This document shows, piece by piece, positions 61,760-64,000 of a stretch of 64,000 bases of DNA. Both the position numbers and the translations under genes were made by a program. The stretch is from NCBI GenBank assembly GCA_963786955.1, contig CAWBAT010000004.1:1-64000 (forward strand), given 5' to 3'. The notes beneath the pieces were generated by a model. The model did not search any database and was not told the origin of the DNA. It saw nothing but the letters and a program-made list of their open reading frames with translations. This DNA comes from an uncultured Acidimicrobiia bacterium. Its GTDB lineage: Bacteria; Acidobacteriota; Terriglobia; Versatilivoradales; Versatilivoraceae. Position 1 is the stretch's first letter. The number at the start of each line of letters is the position of its first letter.

Positions 61760-64000
61760 TTAATACGCCGCCGTAAACTCGTAAGTTCCGGAACCAACAC
61801 GATATTTTAATGCCCCTTCTTCCCTGCCCAATACGATTACGCCTTTGGCTGCGTGAACGGGATTTCCGCTCTCTTCCACCGATTTTTCATCTCGGGTTGG
61901 AATGTAGACCGTTGCTGAAGTATTCACTGGAATAACGATTTTTAGCTTGAAGAGCTGGTTGTCTATCTTCCAATCGCTCACGATCGGGCCTCGGATCGAG
62001 TCATAGGAACCTCTCGCCCAGCTGAGACCGCCTCCAGGTCGGGGATGAATGATGAAATGCTGATATCCAGGAGTTGATGCTTCCGGATTAATTCCGATGA
62101 CGTTCCGCCACAACCATTCTCCCACAGCTCCAAAGGCCCAGTGATTAAAGGAGTTCATCGATGGGTCCTGAAAACCACGGCCTTTCACGTATCCATCCCA
62201 ACGCTCCCAAATCGTGGTGGCTCCATTATCTATCATAAATCCCCACGATGGAAAGCTGCGCGAGTTCAGCAGACGATAGGCCTCTTCATTCAATCCATTT
62301 CGGGTCAATTCCAACAAGAAGCGGTGAGTTGACTGAATGCCGGTCGAAAGCTGGCCCTGGTAAGGCTTCAAGGCCTCAACCAAATGCTCTGTGGTTTTGG
62401 AGCGAAGTGCTTCAGGCAGTAAGTCAAAATAGAGCGCCAGAGCATATCCTGCCTGGGTGTTTCCTTCGATTCGCCCATCCGAAGAAACGTAGGCTTGATT
62501 AAAGGCGGTTTTGACTTGCTCAAATAATTGACCGTAGTGTTTGGCCTCTTCCGAACGTCCCAATACCGCTGCCATTTTCGCAACAAGATCGACCGAACGG
62601 GCATAGAAGGCCGTCGCAAAGACGTGTTTGGGTACAGCTCCCCCTTTTACGGGCCAACCCTCTAAAATTAACGTGTCCGCGTTGAGCCAGTCATTGTAAT
62701 CTCCGCCGCGAGCGTTTTCCCAGAGATGATTCGGGTTCTTGCTTCGGACAAAATCCACCCAATGTTTTGCGGATTCGAAATGTTCTTCGAGCAGACGCGT
62801 ATCAGCATAATTCAGATAAACTCGCCACGGGATAATCGTTCCGGCATCAGCCCAGGCTGGTGCACCAAACCCATTTTCCTGCCCAATCGTGATGAAGGGG
62901 TTGGGCGCGAAATCAGGGAAACGGCCATCTGCCAGCTGATCATCGCGGACATCTCTCAGCCACTTGGTAAAGAAGGCCGCCATGTCCATGTTAAAGATGG
63001 CCGTCTGACTAAATGCTTGGATATCCCCCATCCAGCCTAAACGCTCGTCTCGCTGCGGACAATCTGTCGGGATGCTCTCCAAATTGGCGCGCTGCGTCCA
63101 GAGGATGTTATGCATCAACTGATTCAAGAGAAGACTGGAAGTTTCAAAGACACCGGTTTCAGGCGCAGACGAATAGAAAACCATTCCCAAGGCATCTTCC
63201 AATGAGGGTCTGTATGAGATCCCCGCAACTTCGACATAACGAAATCCATGATAAGTAAAATGGGGTTCAAGAATCTCTTCCCTTCCTCCGCGGAGGATAA
63301 AGCGGTCCGTAGCCGGTGCGCCACGGAGATTTGCCGTATAAATGGCACCGTCATCATTGAGCATCTCGGCATAGCGGGCGGTGACAATATCACCTGCTCT
63401 GCCATGCACCTTCAAGCGGCACCAACCAACCATGTTTTGTCCTAGGTCATATATGTAGGTGCCCGGCTTGGGTTCGGTGAGACTGAGCGGAACCATTTTT
63501 TTGAGAACTCGAATGGGTTCATTCGGTTGCCAAACCAGTTTGGCTGTCCCGAGATCAGTATCTGCCTCAACATTCTGCCAATCCTTCCCCTGAAAATCCG
63601 GAGAGTCCCAACCTTTCATTTCTTTTCGGGCGTCATAAATCTCTCCATCCAGGATGTCGGAGGATTCTAAAGGAACCTGAAGCGCCTTCTGCCAGGACTC
63701 ATCGCTTACCACGGACAGAGACTTTCCATTCTTTAGCTCCACATCAAGGTGCAAGAGAAGTTGTGGATACGATCCGTAAACCCGTCTCCGGGGAACCAAA
63801 CCGATTCGCCCTGAATACCAACCTGCCCCAATGATTGCTCCTACCGCATTCTGGCCTTGATGCAACTGCGCGGTGACATCATAAGTCTGGTACTGAATCC
63901 GGTGGCGGTAACTGGTCCATTCCGGGGCCAGCAAGTGGTCTCCGACACGTTGCCCATTCAACCGAAGCTCATAGACCCCCCGGGCGGTGGCATAAACCGT
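61760..64000 (-). CDS. Alpha-L-rhamnosidase (GH78), 5' end outside the window
   Basis: DLGQNMVGW, FTYHGFRY, IPTDCPQRDERLGWMGD, GATTIWERW and SFNH. Confidence 0.92.
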   Translation of the reverse strand, partial: TVYATARGVYELRLNGQRVGDHLLAPEWTSYRHRIQYQTYDVTAQLHQGQNAVGAIIGAGWYSGRIGLVPRRRVYGSYPQLLLHLDVELKNGKSLSVVSDESWQKALQVPLESSDILDGEIYDARKEMKGWDSPDFQGKDWQNVEADTDLGTAKLVWQPNEPIRVLKKMVPLSLTEPKPGTYIYDLGQNMVGWCRLKVHGRAGDIVTARYAEMLNDDGAIYTANLRGAPATDRFILRGGREEILEPHFTYHGFRYVEVAGISYRPSLEDALGMVFYSSAPETGVFETSSLLLNQLMHNILWTQRANLESIPTDCPQRDERLGWMGDIQAFSQTAIFNMDMAAFFTKWLRDVRDDQLADGRFPDFAPNPFITIGQENGFGAPAWADAGTIIPWRVYLNYADTRLLEEHFESAKHWVDFVRSKNPNHLWENARGGDYNDWLNADTLILEGWPVKGGAVPKHVFATAFYARSVDLVAKMAAVLGRSEEAKHYGQLFEQVKTAFNQAYVSSDGRIEGNTQAGYALALYFDLLPEALRSKTTEHLVEALKPYQGQLSTGIQSTHRFLLELTRNGLNEEAYRLLNSRSFPSWGFMIDNGATTIWERWDGYVKGRGFQDPSMNSFNHWAFGAVGEWLWRNVIGINPEASTPGYQHFIIHPRPGGGLSWARGSYDSIRGPIVSDWKIDNQLFKLKIVIPVNTSATVYIPTRDEKSVEESGNPVHAAKGVIVLGREEGALKYRVGSGTYEFTAAY

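Noticed and set aside
1-64000. CRISPR array, tRNA or rRNA genes
   Set aside because: No regular repeat-spacer periodicity, cas gene, cloverleaf or rRNA signature recognised. The repeats are dispersed palindromes.

Overview
Bacterial chromosomal window. Acidobacteriota-like by gene content (an inference from PSD1/DUF1501 pairs and the envelope proteins). It is dense in palindromic REP/MITE-like repeats and has many single-base frameshifts, probably part long-read error and part real decay. Contents: (1) two diverged IS110-family elements, 871-2565 (-) and 27149-28897 (+); (2) a CoA-ligase and CPA2 antiporter facing a flavin-dependent halogenase-like gene; (3) a ~17 kb, almost entirely minus-strand envelope/secreted-protein island (beta-barrels, K+ channel, DUF1254/DUF1214 proteins, an internally deleted arylsulfatase, AI-2E transporter) with a vapBC insertion; (4) brnTA, two PSD1-cytochrome/DUF1501 pairs, sugar epimerases, an IS200 tnpA remnant and a rhamnose-type catabolic cluster. 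Best finding: the whole RNA-guided recombination logic of both IS110 elements can be read by eye. Each has a duplicated CT core, a -35/17 bp/-10 promoter that forms only on circularisation, and a bridge-RNA-like non-coding end with covarying stems. The guides are naturally reprogrammed, each matching the different palindromic repeat that its element actually interrupts. Both elements also share an unexplained extra 5' module: a pyrimidine tract plus three tandem DnaA-box-like 9-mers. All calls come from motif reading only; no searches were run.
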